From NCBI GenBank assembly GCA_000708835.1, contig DF237354.1, forward strand, positions 20,328 to 84,327: 64,000 bases of DNA, in the 5' to 3' direction. Of the stretch, positions 40,740 to 53,600 are shown one piece after another. The first letter of the stretch is position 1. Each line of letters opens with the position of its first letter. The stretch is from Klebsormidium nitens. Its lineage: Eukaryota > Plantae > Klebsormidiophyceae. The notes beneath the pieces are model-generated. The model was not told the origin of the DNA, did not search any database, and worked only from the letters and a program-made list of their open reading frames with translations. A program made the translations under genes and the position numbers.

Positions 40740-43700
40740 CCAAAAAACTGACAATGTTGACCGCCGACCATGAAGCACCAAGCTCTGACTTATATTAAAA
40801 TGGGCTCACTGATCAATCAGTTCTGACGTCAGCGACTCGCATGCTCTTGCGACGCATAGATCAGACACACTGCCACCATGGCAAGAGCTTTACGAAGATG
40901 GACGACTATGCCAAACGCAGCGGCCTTCTTCTTGCAAGCTTCCGTCTGCCAATACCCCTTGTCGTTCTCCGGTTAAGCGCCCAGGTAATTTTGTACCATG
41001 CTTGATCGAGCTAGAGTTGTAGAACCTACGGAACCACGCAGACGCCTTTGCGGTAGTCTCTGCGTCGACTTCGAGTCATTTGGAAGCGCTTGCTGTGCTG
41101 TTCTCTAAGGCTTCTCCTTTGGACTTGCTTTCACATACGGTGTGCCTTGATTCCGCTCCGACTTGAAATTTTTGACACTGGCAATGATGAATATAATCTG
41201 AATGCTATGCCAATCTTGGCAGTTCAAACTCCTCGATCACATTTACTAGCCAACATTCCAACCTTAATCGGTGCCGTCACGAAACCGGCCGCGCTCGAAA
41301 AGCGGACCAGTCAAGAAAGTAAAGAAGTATGGGATGAGGCATCACTGAAAGATATCCCGACCGTAGCGCTTTGGCTGGCACGCGCGTAGAGCTCAATCCC
41401 CGCTCGCGGCTGCTGCGCATTCTGAACTACGCGCAGATCGAGGCCGCGTAGCTCAAAAGGGCCCGCTGTGGCCGCCGTGGGCAGGAGTTTCGGCCGCTAA
41501 GGTAGTGGGGTTGACGAGCTCGAGCGCGACCGGTCGACCAGATGCCCCACATCGGCAGCACAGTTACAGCCGTGCCTCGCACGGCCGGGCGCTCACTGGG
41601 CTTGTCCGAAACCGTCCAGATATTGCGCGCGCTCGCGCCGGAAAACAGCACAGTGGTTCAAAGACGTACGCGCACAGAGCACCTGTCGTCGCCACTGCCA
41701 TTCCGAGTCGAGCGGCGCCCGCCGCGCCGCGCGGGTGCGCGCGTACGGCGAAGAGCCGCAGGCGGCTGCTGCCGACAGCTCGAAACTTGTTTCGACGCAG
41801 TTTTTGTGTGTGAGTTGAAGAGCAGGATGATCGTCGCGATCAGAATACGTATCGTATTCTCACACTTCGCCGCTTCTACTGCCAGCTTCTCGCCACTGAC
41901 CAGGCCCGTTGACTTGATCTAGCGCCTTTCTTTAGTGCCTTTGGAACCCGTTTCCCTCCTCCAACGTTCTTGATGTTTGAAAGGCAATGAAGAAGGCTTC
42001 TCAGGATTTGTGCCAAATGCAGGCTCCAGCATGCAAACGAGTGTAGAATGAATCTCGAGTGCTAAGACCATATCGGACGTCGTGGTGATGATGAATGTTT
42101 CGACATATATGGGCAGATTCGCCCAGATTGAGTGGTGATTCTTCTGATGCCGCTCGCGCTTCAGTGAAAGTGCCGTTCTTACATGAGCACGTACTTTACT
42201 TAAGAGTGTCTTCTTCCCGCATACTACGCATGTCGGGCTCAACTTCTGACCTGTGTCCTGGTCCCAGCTTTCTTTTGGCCAATCGCACTTGTCAATGTGG
42301 GAATAGCTTGACAAGGCGTCTTGACGAAATTCATTCTACTACCTTAAATTCGCCTCACCTCGCTGTTTCTGAGAGTCTGCTAAGTGAACGAGTATTACTT
42401 TTCATGACAGCTGGCAAGCGGGTCGAAGGTCACTTAATGAGATTTACGAAAGGTCTGGCTTTCATTGTCGTTTAAATCCAGGCTTCTCCCGCGGTGCCGT
42501 TTCCATTTGAAACCCGAAGGTCGTAGAACCTGCAAGCGCCGATCTGGATGATCATCACATGAGTCGACAAAAGTAGCCAAAAGTAATGATTGTTAATTTC
42601 GCACCTGTTTGAAGCGCTTGCTTCAATCTGATCCTCTCAACGCGGGCCATGACTGAAACGGCGTTGGGCGGGCGGGTGGGACTTTTCGTCTCATTGATCC
42701 ACCCTTGATTGCTGAGTCCGTTTTCGAGCCCCGATAAGGTTTGATAGCTTGATTTCCCGAGTCTGGGGACATCAAAAACCCATACGTCGAAGAACGACTG
42801 GTATACGTAATAGCCCATACATGCATATCTGCCGGAATTTGTAAGATTTCTGTACATTCCTGTATATTTTGGGAGAACTACTGACAAGGGACGCAACTCA
42901 CGTAGCCGTGTAGAGAGCGTGGCCAAATAAGAAGACTCTGTACTATTTACTTCAACCCTATGAGACGGCTATTTGGAATCGGTGTTTCTGTGTGCGGCGA
43001 TATCCAAGCTCCGGGCAGTGTATCTTCAAAAGAAGGACCTCTGTACCCAGTTGGAAGCGATACCGTTGGCTTGGCGGTGACACGACTCTATATTGATGGT
43101 CTTTCTTGCGCTAGATCATGGAAATCCCTCCACGTGCTCAAGCTTCTGCGATTGAAATCAACGGTTTTCTTTCAAACGCAATTGTTTTCTTTCTTCACGA
43201 AGAGGTCTAGGCACCTGACAAGCACTGTAGACTGCCCTTTTGTTTCAGTTCCTCTGGCAGTGCACTCAGTAACCATCAGAGCCATTAGCAGGCGACTGGG
43301 ATCAGGTCACAGATTAGTGATAATTGTGAGTTCCCTTGGCTTACAAAGAAAGCAACTGTGAAGAATCAAAGAGAAAGGTGGCAATGATGACAGTACTCAT
43401 TCCCCGGGCTTCCGCCAACGCTGGGACTTTATGTCAACGGTCAAAGAGCCGCAACAAGGCAACCGCTAGGAATGCGAAGATCGCTCTTTTCCGCAAAAAG
43501 GGAGCGAAAAAACACGTCAACGGCGCTTAGATCTATGTTTCGACTCTAAACTTTTGAGCTGGCCGTACCCGGTTGCACCTTGAGGACTTTTTAGGAGACC
43601 CGCTGCAAATGTTTGTTTGCTGCCAGTGATGGACAGATTGTTTTTGACGAGGTTATTTTCAGATCGAAAGTCGCTTGACCCATGGATGAGGCTATTAGTA

Positions 43701-45200
43701 CAACTCCGAATAGACATGATCTCAAGGGAAACTTCTTCTAAAGAACGTGTCCCTCCGTGCATACGCTGAACTTTCTGCACTTCGCTTCTGTACCTATGTC
43801 TTACACGTTCCCCCTATAAGTTTGAACACGCTGTCACATACTGTGCCTTCTTACATCTGCTCCGATCAATGGACTTGACAATGGCAGTGATTCCACCAAG
43901 ATATAGAAGCTGTGCCGATCTCGGCAAGAGCGGGTCGCATGCCTGACAAGCCACCGTCCATTTCAATCCAATTTCCCCTCAAGCAGGCAACGTTCTCAAA
44001 GCGGGTTGATCACGAAGCATAGAACGAGGCATGAAAAAGGGTTTCCCGACTGCGGCCCCTTGGCTGGCGCTGCATGCGCCTAGTCCGCGCGCGCACCAGA
44101 TTTTGCCGCGCAAGGCCGCCGCACAGTATGGTGGCGGCTGCGCAGCTCGAGGGCCGTCTCGCCCACCGCGGCCGCGCCGCTCCGTTCGGCCGCTAAGGCA
44201 AGGGCTGCCGCGCGCGCGCTAGAGCAGTGGCCGGGCGAGATATTATGGCTCGCTAATAATGGCGTGCGGCGGTGGTGAGAAGCACGGTTGAGACGCGCGT
44301 GCGGAAAGAGCGCCCTCCAGGCCGCACAAGTGCGCGCATACATGTTGACGAGTCGCAGCCGGCCGCGGCCAGCTCAAAAATCTTTACAGGGGAAAATCGA
44401 ACGGCAGAATCGACGTCCCAAGACGTATTGAATGCTTCTTTTGGAAGGTCTGAGGCTGGGGAAGGAGCTGACACCACGCCGCCTTCGTCCTAAACGTTTG
44501 CCAAACTTATACCAGGCACGCTGATAAAACTGCAGCTGGGGCCGCTCTTTTGGTGACTTATACCTAGTCCGGTCCATTTCCATTGGTATGCAGGAGTTTG
44601 AAAGGGCAATGACGGGTGAATGTAGATTTGGGCAGCGCGTCTGTCGTGACGTGCTGCCCATCACTTCTTAGAGTGTCACAGGAGCCAGGTCTAAATTACC
44701 GTGCGCGCGTCCATCATATCTTTGCGTCAGATTGCGCAGCGGTCGTCCAATCAATTTTCATAACCGGGCGCCTTGGGAGATGAGCCCGTGTCTTCTGAGT
44801 GAAGGCGCGAAAAGGAGTGTTCTCATGGCAGCCTGTCTTCAGTCAGATTCCAACACACAAAAGGCAGCTTATGGTGAAATTCGAACTTGAGTGAGGCTAC
44901 CAGGCTGGTCGGGACATCGTGGTGAGGACGAACGTGTATAGCTGGGCAATCATTGGCGCCCACGCGCGTCCGCCTTTCACCTTCTTATGAGCCGCTAGCG
45001 CTTCTGTAAAAGTGCCGACGTTTCGAGTGTACACGTAATTTTTTCATTGCGCTTTTTTCCGACAGGGATTTAAGACCTGATTATTAGCTTTTTGCTGATT
45101 TCCTCTCTTTGTTATCAGTGAGTAAAGGCCGTTCGAAACGAGTAGCTTGGGACAAGTCTCGATGAGAGCCGGGTCTATTACGTAAAGTCTCTGTTTCGCT
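40740..45200. repeat. Higher-order array copy 2
   Basis: Same module order as copy 1; closest to copy 3 over 42240-43990. Confidence 0.85.
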
Positions 45201-45567
45201 GTTTCTATAGTCCTGCCCAGTCAGGGAGAGATTGAGATCTCACTGCTTCTACGTTCTTTTACATTGTGCTTATGTGGAAACCTCTTGCATTTCTGCCCTG
45301 CAAGCCAATCACTGGAAAAGGAGGACACACTCTTCTGTGCGTGCCCGTCTAAGGGGCCCAACAACTCGAAGGAAGGGCGTTGATCGATCAAACGCGTCCG
45401 ACGAACAGGCGCGGCTGTTGATGACACTCACTTTATGAATCCAAAAACAATCCGAAATTTAAATTTCATCCAATCGGTTGCCCGAAAGCAGGTAGCTCGA
45501 TCCGAATCTGTGAGCGAAAAGAACTTTCTCGTGCACCGCCAGAAGTCGACGTAATTTTCCCACTCAC

Positions 45568-45839
45568 CTGTAAATACCTGTCGACGCAACCCCCCACTCC
45601 TCAGATCGCCCACCAGATCTTCCGCTGCTTCCCTTCCCGCGTCGGCTCCCTTCTGGCCGCGCTCCAAAACCCTTGAACCCTCCAGCCGGCAGCCCGTGCT
45701 CGTTTCCGCCAGGAGAAGATTTCCGGCTCTGTTTCCGAAGGCGGATCCCGTTGTCTCGCAAACGGACTGGCGGCGGGGAGGCGAAGCCGGGAGACGAGAA
45801 GAAGCTGTCGAGGACGGCTCGCGCGCTTTGGAGCATCTC
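45568..45839 (-). pseudogene. Orphan exon-like segment between array copies 2 and 3
   Basis: Preceded by a CTGAC branch-like site and CCCCCCTTCCAG acceptor, followed by a CAG|GTGAGT donor. GC-rich, two frames open across 272 nt, no homologue elsewhere in the array. Confidence 0.4.
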
Positions 45840-46029
45840 CTGGAAGGGGGGACGCTATGAACGGTCAGGATCTGACTCTGACAAGCATCGAAGGCTGGAG
45901 GGATTCGGCAGAGCCATCAGATATGCACATGACAGGAACTAAAAAACCAGTGAAAGGGCAGAGTTCGGGCGCTCGGCAAGGGACGTCTAAATTTGAGACA
46001 GATGCGTGGTTCGAGGGACAGCCTCGATC

Positions 46030-49000
46030 TGCAACAGTGCAAACGTCTTTAGAGTAGCCGCTTGCGATTCAAGAAGAAAGCCGTTCTTGCTTCCTTATTA
46101 CATGGTAAGGGTCTGGCGTGATCGGTAGACTGCTGAAGTGTCGCTCAAATTCTATCTTGAGCGGACTGTCACGTCGCGAGCAGAGGAGGACTTAGAGACG
46201 CATCTGCCTCTGCTCATCTTCAAAGCTCGGCAAGCTTTGTATCAGGCAGCTCTGTCTTCTTCGCTTTTGCGCCCAGATAACTGTACCGTGCTTGATCGAG
46301 CTAGCGCATCATAGAACTTGAGGAGCCACGGAGACAACTTCGCGGTAGTCTCTGCGTCGAATCTAATCATTCGGGAGGGCTGCACTTAAAGTACGTTTTC
46401 TCCTTCAGACTTCGATTCCTGTCACATACTGTGCCTTAACCTCTGCTCCGATCTGAAACTTGACAGTGGCAATGATGTAATTAATGTGACTGCTATGCCA
46501 ATCATGGCAGTATCGGATTCTTGCGTTGACTAGCCACCATCTCTTCCGTGATTGCTTTCGCCACAAGCGGGCCGCGCTCGCGAAGCAAAACAGTCACAAG
46601 AGTGAAGAAGCGACGAGGCATCACCAAAAACTCTCCCGACCGTAGCGCTTTGGCTGGCAATGCACGCGCGCAGAGCCCATTTTCTATCTCGCGGCTGCGC
46701 AGTACGTGTGGTGTACGCGTGGACCGCGGCCGCGCAGCTCAAAAGGGGCCGCGGTGACAGCCGCGGCCGCTACAGCCGCCCGTTCCTCGGCGATCCGCCG
46801 CGTGCGCGTTCTGATCTTCTTGTCGGGCAGAGTTCACGCCGCTTCAGTAGTGCGGTTGACGAACTTTCGCGCGGCCGGTCGGCCAGATGCTCCCCGTCGG
46901 CACCGCAGTGCATAAGCGCTGCTAGCAGACATAGCTGTGTCTCCCGCGGCCGGGCCCGCACTGGGTCAGGCCGAATCCGTCCACAATATCTTGCGCGCTC
47001 GCACATGAAAAGAGCACAGTGATAGAAATACGGGCGCGCGAAGAGCACCTGTGTCCGCGCGCGGCGCCCGCCGCGCAGGTGCGCGCGCACAACGCGGCCG
47101 CAGCCGCCAGCTCAAGACATATTTTGACGGAGTCTCTATGTGGGTTTGAATAATCTTTGAAAGCATTTCACGTATCTTATGCGCCACCTTGGAAGGTCTT
47201 GGTTGAGGACCGGGCTAAGACTTTGTCACCTCCCCTGTTATCGTCTCGCCATGTACCACCTGATGAATTGACCTGATCTAGCGCCTCTCTTTGGTGATCT
47301 GTTCCCCCGTCTGTTCCCTGAGCCGTCAAAGTGCTTGGAAGACTGTAAGGCAATGACGAAGGATACCGAATTTTGGGCAGTACTTCGACTTACGAGGCTG
47401 CCCAAGAATCTTTCGCCATTAGGAGGCCCTTTCAGGATTCATCTAACGTGTTCTAGCGGCGCTCGGAAGGATCTTTTTTCATGGTAATCTGTCTTTTATC
47501 CTTTCCGAATTGAACGCTTCAGCATGCAGATACTTTAGCTAGGGAAAAAAATTCGAGCGCTGAGGCCCAAGCGGACGTCTTGTTGAGGATGAAGGTGTAC
47601 TACCAATATGGCTGGGCGGATTCGTCTAAAGTGCGTTTCCTCTGATGCCGCTCCCGCTCCGCAAAAAGGTGCCCGCGCCGTTCGGTAGAAAATAAGAATA
47701 CGAACAAGAATGCACTCTATGTATTCATAGAGTGTCTTCTCGGCGGAGTACAATTCGGGCTAACTTTTGACCGTGTCCTGGTTCAATTTTACTTCTGCTC
47801 AGTAGCAGCTGCTGATGCACAAAAAGCCTGAAACAAGTCTTGACGAAAGTGGTTCGAATTACCTGATTCTGTCTCATCTCGCTCTTTCTAAGAGTCTGCC
47901 CAGAGGACGAGTATCACTTTTCATGACAGCTGGCAAGCGGGTCAAAGGTCAATATAATGAACTTCGAAAAAGGTCTGGATGTCATTCTCGTTTAACACCA
48001 GGCTTTTCTAGCGGTTCCGTTCCCGTTTGATGCCCGAAGGTCGTAGAACCTGCAAGCGCCGATTTGGAGGATCATCACATGAGTCGGCGATAGTAGCCAA
48101 AAGCAATGATTGCTAACCTAGCACCTGTATAAAACGCTTGCTTTAATCTGGTCCTCTCAACGTGGGCCATGACTAAAACGACGTTGGGCGGGCGGGTGGG
48201 ACTACTCGTCTCATTGATCCACCCTTGATTGCTCCGTTTTCGAGTCCCGAAATAGTTTCAATAGCTTCATTTCTCGGGTCTGGGGACATCAGAAACCCAT
48301 ACGCCGAAGAACGACTGGTATACGTAATAGCCCCCCTTCAGAACAGGGGCCACTCTGGTCTGGAGCTGCCCTAGGTAGCGCTATGACCCACGTCGATGCC
48401 CTCACCGACGCTCCCGCCTGGCGCATGAGCCCCGTAAAGCGCTTTGCTCCTTCTTAATTGCCACGTTTCCCAAGGAATCGCTCCAGTTCAGTCTAGTCCG
48501 TCTCCTTCTCGATCGAAGCAAGGGCTCTTATGAGGTCTCTGTCACAACAATGAACAATCAGCGCGGCTCACACTCGTCCTGCTTCTTCTTTCTTGTATGC
48601 ATCATGCCACTGCCGGAATTTGTAAGATCCAATTCCTGTATATTCTATGGGAGAAGTGTTAACAAGGGAGGCAGCTCACGTAGCCGTGTAGAGTGCGTGG
48701 CCAAATAAGGGAACTCTGTATTACTTCAACCCTATGAAACGGTTATTTGGAATACGGTTTGGCATGTGTCTTTTTGCGGCGAGGTCCTTGCTCTGAGCAG
48801 TGATATCTTCAAAAGAAGGACCTCTGAAGCCAGTTGGAAGCAGATACCGTTGGCTTGGCAGTGACACGACTTTAGAGACATGGTCTTTCTTGCGGTAGCC
48901 CGGGGGAATTTGTGCACGTGCTCCTTCTGGGATTGAATGCACGGTTTTCTTTCAAAGGCACTCCCTTTGTTCTTCTTTACGAAGAAGTCTAGGCACCTGA

Positions 49001-50580
49001 CAAGCACTGTAGACTGCCGGTTTGTTTCGATTCCTCTGGCAGTACACTCAATAGCCATCAGAGCCATACGCAGGCGACTGGGATCAGGTCACAGAGTGAT
49101 ATTGTGAGTGCCCTTGGCTTTCAAAAGAAGGCAACTGTGAAGAATCAAAGAGAAAGGTGGCAATGATGACAGGACTCATTCCCTGGGCTTCCGCTGGCAA
49201 CGCTGGGACTTGAAATCTTGTCATGGAGCCGCAGCAAGACAATCGCTCGAAAGGTGGTGGTTGCTTTTTCAGCGGAAAGGGCGCAAAATCAACGTCAACG
49301 GCACTTAGGGCTATCTTCGATTCCAAAGTTTTTTGCTGGCCATACCAGATTGCGCTTTGAGAACTTTAAAAACGACCCATTGCAAGTCTCTCTTTGTTGC
49401 CAGTGATGGACGGATTTCTTGACGAGGACGAGGTTGTCAGACTGAGAGTCGCTCAAAACATGAATGAGGCCATTAGTACAACTGCGAATGGACATCATCA
49501 TCAAGGGAAACTTCGACTTCTAAAGAACGTGTCCCTCCGTGCATACGCTGAACTTTCTGCACTTCGCCTCTGCACCTACGACTTACACGTTCCCTTTATA
49601 AGTTTGAACACGCTGTCGCATACTGTGCCTTCTTACATCTGCTCCGATCAATGGACTTGACAATGGCAGTGATTCCACCAAGATATAGAAGCTGTGCCGA
49701 TCTCGGCAAGAGCGGGTCGCATGCCTGACAAGCCACCGTCCATTTCAATCCAATACCCCCTCAAGCAGGCAACGCTCTCAAAGCGGATCGGTCACGAAGC
49801 ATGGAACGAGACATGAAAAAGAGTTCCCGACCCCAGCGCCTTGGTTGGCATTAATGCATGCGCAGCCCGGCCGCGCACGGCCTTATAGTCGCGCGCGGCC
49901 GCCGGACAGTCTGGTTGCGGCCGCGCAACTCGAAGGCCGTCTCGCCCGTCGCGGCCGCGCCGCACCATTCGGCCGCTCAGGCAAGGGCTGCCGCGCACGC
50001 GCTTAGAGCTGGCCGGACAGCATCCCAGGGCGGCGGTTGTGGCTCGGCAAGATTACGGCGCGCGGCCGGTGGTGAGAAGCACGGTTGAGACGCGCGCGCG
50101 CAGAGAGCTCAGGTGCGAGCGTACAATGCGACAAAAGTCGGAATAGAACGCGGCCAACTCGAACTTGTCGACGCGACCTAGTAGAGGCCAATTGAACGGC
50201 CAGATTGACTTTCCAGGCGTATCATAAGCTCTATCTGGACGTACGGTCTGAGGTTGAGGAAAGGAACTGACAGCGAGCCGTCTTGTCTTCCGAAACGTTT
50301 GCAAGTGCCAAGGCCCTCTCACCAAACTGGCGCTCTAGATCTTCTGGTGACGTGTACCTAACCCCGTTCTCTTCCGTCCTTAACCAGAACTTTGAAAGAG
50401 CAATGACGAAGGACTGTAGATTTGGGCAGTGCGTCTGTTGTGACGGCCCATCGATTCCCGTTCTTCACGTGTTACCGGAGCCAGATCAACATATTATCGT
50501 GCGCGGGGTCCAATACCTTGCGTCAGATTGTGCTGCCGTCGTCCGCTTACCGTACCTTATACAGGGCGCCTAGCTTCATC
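46030..50580. repeat. Higher-order array copy 3 (mosaic of copy-2-like and copy-4-like sequence)
   Basis: 47760-49790 closely matches 42240-44010; 50080-50300 closely matches 55200-55400. Confidence 0.85.
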
Positions 50581-50619
50581 TCTGAATTTTAATCTTGAAG
50601 GACTTGGACGTAGAAACCA

Positions 50620-53600
50620 GACGCCCTTACTCTTGACCGCCGACCGTGAGCAAGAAGCTCTGAGCAGATCGGGCTCATTGAATGTTGGCAGCAGCGAGTC
50701 GCATCTTCCTGTGAACAATAAACGAACCCCGTACGACCGTGGGAGCTCAAAGAAGACTTTTTCAATGCATCCATGGCCTTCTTTCTGAGTCGCTGTGTGT
50801 TAAAAAACTACCCTTTCTCGGTTCTGCCTTGGTCGTAGCATGCTTGATCGAGCAATCGCTTAGAGAACGTACAGAATTACGTAGCGCCTTTTCGTATCCT
50901 CTGCGTAAATCACTCTTTCGCATTCCATTCCTACCGCTTTTCCTTTAAACAATTTGACGGATTCGATGCCATGATATCTGTCTCGTTTCGAAGACTTGAC
51001 AGTGGCAAGGATGGAAACGACCTCAAGGCTATGCCAATATTGGCAGAGCCAAACATCCTGCGCTGACTAGCCACCATCTTGTCCGAAAGCGGTTTCGTCA
51101 CGAAGCGGGCCTCGCTCGCAAACGGCTCAGTCAAGATCAAAATTTAAGAAGCACGGGACGAGGCAAACATCAACCGCAGCGCTTTGACTGGCAATGCACG
51201 CGCGCAGAGCCCATTCTCCGCCTGCGGTTGCTGCGGGGCAGTCTGGCCTACGGGCGGGTGGCGGCCGCGCAGCTTCAGAAAGGGGCGGAAGCCGCGGCCA
51301 CCTGATCGCCAGCAATGTACGTTTGTGGGCGCGCGCGTTCAAATCCAGGCAGGAGGGTTGACGAGCTCGCGCGCGACCGGTCCGCCAAAAGCCCCACGTC
51401 GACAGCTCAATATGGAATTGAATCGTGGCTGTGTTTCCCGCGGCCGGGCCCGCACTGCCGCACTGCAGGGGCCCCAGGCGCCGGCCGAATCCGTCCAAAT
51501 CTTGCGCGCTCGCGCTGGAAAGAGCACAATGGCTCAATGACGGGACGCGCAAAGAGCACCGAATTGGACAACGGCCACCTGCGCACACGCGCATAGTCGC
51601 AGGGGCGCGGCCGCGGCCGCCATCTCGAAAACTGTTTCGACGCATTTTTTGTTGATTCGAAGAACAATGATCCTGGCAATCAGAGTACGTCTCCTATGCG
51701 AACAATTAGGATGGTCTTGCTTAAGAACGAGCTCGCACTTCACCACCTTTACTGTCAGCTTCTTGCCACTAATGTCTGAAAGGCAATGACGAAGGTTTGA
51801 AATATTTGGGCCGTACGTCTGTTGAGACTGCCCAAGAACCCAGGGTTGCTGATTGGAAGGAGCGGCCAGATCAGTGCGCACCGTCAGTCGGTAGTCCGTG
51901 GGAGAACACCGTGACGACCGCCGCGGTCCCTTTTGGGAGGCGCTTTGGAAAACTCAAAGCGTGCTCTTAGTGGGGCGTGTGAAGATTAGTCTCATTGCAG
52001 CCTGTCTTTTTCTGTCATCCTCAATGCAAGGTCCAAGATGAAACCAACTTTTATTATGAAAGCGACTGCTGAGGCCGAAATGGATGTCGGAGTGATGATG
52101 AAGGTGTCTATATCTGGTAGAGTAGTCCAGAGCTGTGGTCCTTCTGATGCCGCTCGCAAATTGCTGGCACCGTACGGCCGAAGGCACGTAGTCTTTGAAT
52201 GGTCTTCTTCCCGAGTACAAGTTGGGCTCAAACTTTTGACCCGTGTCCTGGTTCAGTTATTAGAGTTTGGCCAGGCGCAGCGGCTGATGCACAAACAGCG
52301 TGAGAAAAGGTTTGACGAAAGTGCTTCTACTACCGTAACCTAAGTTTCACCTCAATGTTCCTGACAGTCCGCCCTTGGACGAGTATACCAGTCACGACAA
52401 TTTCTATCGGCAAGCAGGTCAAAGGTCCACTTCATAACAACCAACGAAGCTTTGACTTCCGTTTCTTCTGAAGCCAGGCTCTTCCAGTGGTGCCCGTGCT
52501 GGATATTGATCACCCCAGGTCGAAATTCTTGCGCTTTGGCGATTGACACAACTATCGGAAGGAATGTTGTTAACGTTGCAACTTTTCGAAACGCTTGCTT
52601 CAATCTGGTCCCTCAAACCTGGGCCCTGATCTTCAGACGACGCTGGGTGGGCGTGGCCTTATCGTATCAATCCACCGCTGCGACTCCGTTGTCAACCCCT
52701 GTCAACCTTTCCAACGCGTCAAAATCTGAAAAGCTTTAGGTCTTGTGTCTGGGGACATCAAGAATCCAAGCCTCAATAGTTCACTGGCAGTAGGGCAGAT
52801 CTGCTGTAAATCAGTGCAACCCAAGCCTGATTTTTGAGGACTGGTTCCAACTAGGGAGGCGTGGAAGCAGCTCACACATCAAACAGTATAGAATGCGTGG
52901 GCAATCGAGGAGATTTTGCACTTCTTTAGATTCAAGTAGAAGGCAATTTGAGTGGTGTGTCCGTTCCTTTCGCAGCGCTTTCCTTGTTCCGGGCAATGAT
53001 ATCGGAGACACACCAAGATTGTTAACCATGTGGACATAAGTTGTACGAGCTCCTGAGCCCAGTGGCTGCGGCTCAATTTGAAACGAGCCTCGTCAACCAC
53101 TTTCGTCGTCTGAATTCATTGTTTATACTACATCAAGTTTTGCTAATATAGCAAGGTGTAAGCCATTGATGACTTGTGTCTTTGGGGAATTGCTACTTAG
53201 AGATCTCTTCTGGCTGTGGAACGCAGATCCTTTTTTTTTCATGAATTCAGAGCCCTCGTTTTTACTGGACCGTTTTCTGAGTTTTCAAGAGAGTACGGGC
53301 CTTCTACAGATAATTCGTCTGCTTCTCAACTCTCTTGTACATGTCTGGAAAATTTTCACGGAGCGGCTTGTGATTGTAACACGAAGGCCCGTATTCACAT
53401 AGGGCTCGATCAAAGCTTGTCTCCACTAGCTCTATGACTGGCGGGCGGTCGTTATTGACTGTACCTTTTATTACAGTGCTTGAAACAGAAGGACCTCTGA
53501 AGCCAGTTGGAATGAGACATGCTTGGCTTGGCAGTGATACGACTCTAGATTGAAACCCTTTCTTGCGTCAGCCCGTGTCGCGTCAGCCCGGGAGGATCCC

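Noticed and set aside
42180-42240. PTCVVCGKK...RAH zinc-finger-like peptide on the minus strand
   Set aside because: The second Cys and the His are not conserved in the homologous positions of copies 1, 3 and 4.
48334-48600. Apparent insertion in copy 3 relative to copy 2
   Set aside because: No TIR or TSD; copies 1 and 4 also have extra sequence at this position, so a deletion in copy 2 is more likely.
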